Positions 63,693 to 64,000 of a stretch of 64,000 nt of DNA are shown here, one piece after another. The notes under the pieces are model-generated. The model saw only the letters and a list, made by a program, of their open reading frames with translations, searched no databases and was not told the DNA's origin. This DNA is from Phycisphaerae bacterium. Lineage in GTDB: Bacteria; Planctomycetota; Phycisphaerae; FEN-1346. Position 1 is the stretch's first letter; every line of letters starts with the position of its first letter. The stretch is taken from NCBI GenBank assembly GCA_035529015.1, contig DATKXP010000079.1, positions 5,513 through 69,512 of the forward strand. The letters run 5' to 3'. The translations under genes were made by a program, and so were the position numbers.

Positions 63693-64000
63693 GGCCGGCG
63701 CTCCGCTGCGTCGTCGCCCGCCGGTCGCTCGGCGGGAGCCCGGCCCGGCGGCTCGCCGGCTTCCACCGCCGTCCGCAGCGCCATGCCCTGGACCGGGGAC
63801 GCCAGGTTGCTCGTAATCAGCCGGTCGCCGTCGGCCAGGCCCTCGCTGACGTAAACGTGATCGTTGCCGCTCCAGGCGATCGTCACGTCGCGGATGTCCA
63901 GGGTCCGGTCTGCGGTCATGACCCAGACGCGTCGCCCGTCGCGCAGCGCGGTCCGCGAAACCCGCACCACGCCGTCAAGTGCCTGCCCGTCAATCTGGAC
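63689..64000 (-). CDS. RND periplasmic adaptor (MFP), 5' end outside window
   Basis: Frame open to the window edge; 4-nt overlap with the pump start; C-terminal beta-barrel-like sequence then Pro/Ala tail. Confidence 0.65.
   Translation of the reverse strand, partial: VQIDGQALDGVVRVSRTALRDGRRVWVMTADRTLDIRDVTIAWSGNDHVYVSEGLADGDRLITSNLASPVQGMALRTAVEAGEPPGRAPAERPAGDDAAERRP

Noticed and set aside
60459-63854. 1131-aa plus-strand ORF
   Set aside because: It lies antisense to an unmistakable RND pump gene. Its translation is dominated by R, D, G and H repeats with no motifs.
1-64000. Looked for CRISPR arrays, rRNA, reverse transcriptase/DGR or retron signatures, and transposases
   Set aside because: No regularly spaced repeats, no rRNA-like segments, and no RT or DDE motifs were seen in any listed ORF. 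An exhaustive repeat search needs computation.

Overview
High-GC (about 65-68% by eye) bacterial window that is almost entirely mobile DNA; the taxon cannot be assigned from sequence alone. All functional calls come from motif recognition by eye. No BLAST, HMM or folding was run. Layout: (1) 1 to ~35.1 kb is a prophage-like head-tail cluster, mostly on the + strand. It holds a DNA methylase, radical SAM gene, large terminase, lambda-type portal, protease-scaffold-capsid fusion, neck genes, major tail protein, chaperones, tape measure and a few distal tail genes. A ~14 kb visibly lower-GC, co-directional 13-gene cargo block (5.6-18.9 kb) separates terminase from portal. It encodes a GatA paralog, a ParA-V4R fusion, two asparaginase/GatD-like enzymes, two radical SAM enzymes, membrane proteins and an SSS symporter, with no mobility gene. 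(2) ~35.1-60.1 kb is a lower-GC integrative element. It ends in a P4-like module (two AlpA-type HTH genes, Zn-finger/Toprim primase, P-loop helicase, tyrosine integrase) abutting tRNA-Arg(CCU). Its cargo is an SspABCD-type DNA phosphorothioation set and an NDT-like plus multi-TM convergent pair. It also carries a helicase/GHKL-ATPase/PLD-nuclease triad, an ArsR regulator, an SbcCD-like pair with two unknown genes, and two frameshifted HTH remnants. (3) 60.2-64.0 kb is host core: an RND efflux pump and its adaptor. The most interesting candidates for something undescribed are the cargo block inside the packaging module, the NDT-like/TM pair, the non-SspE restriction triad, and the SbcCD-like four-gene block.
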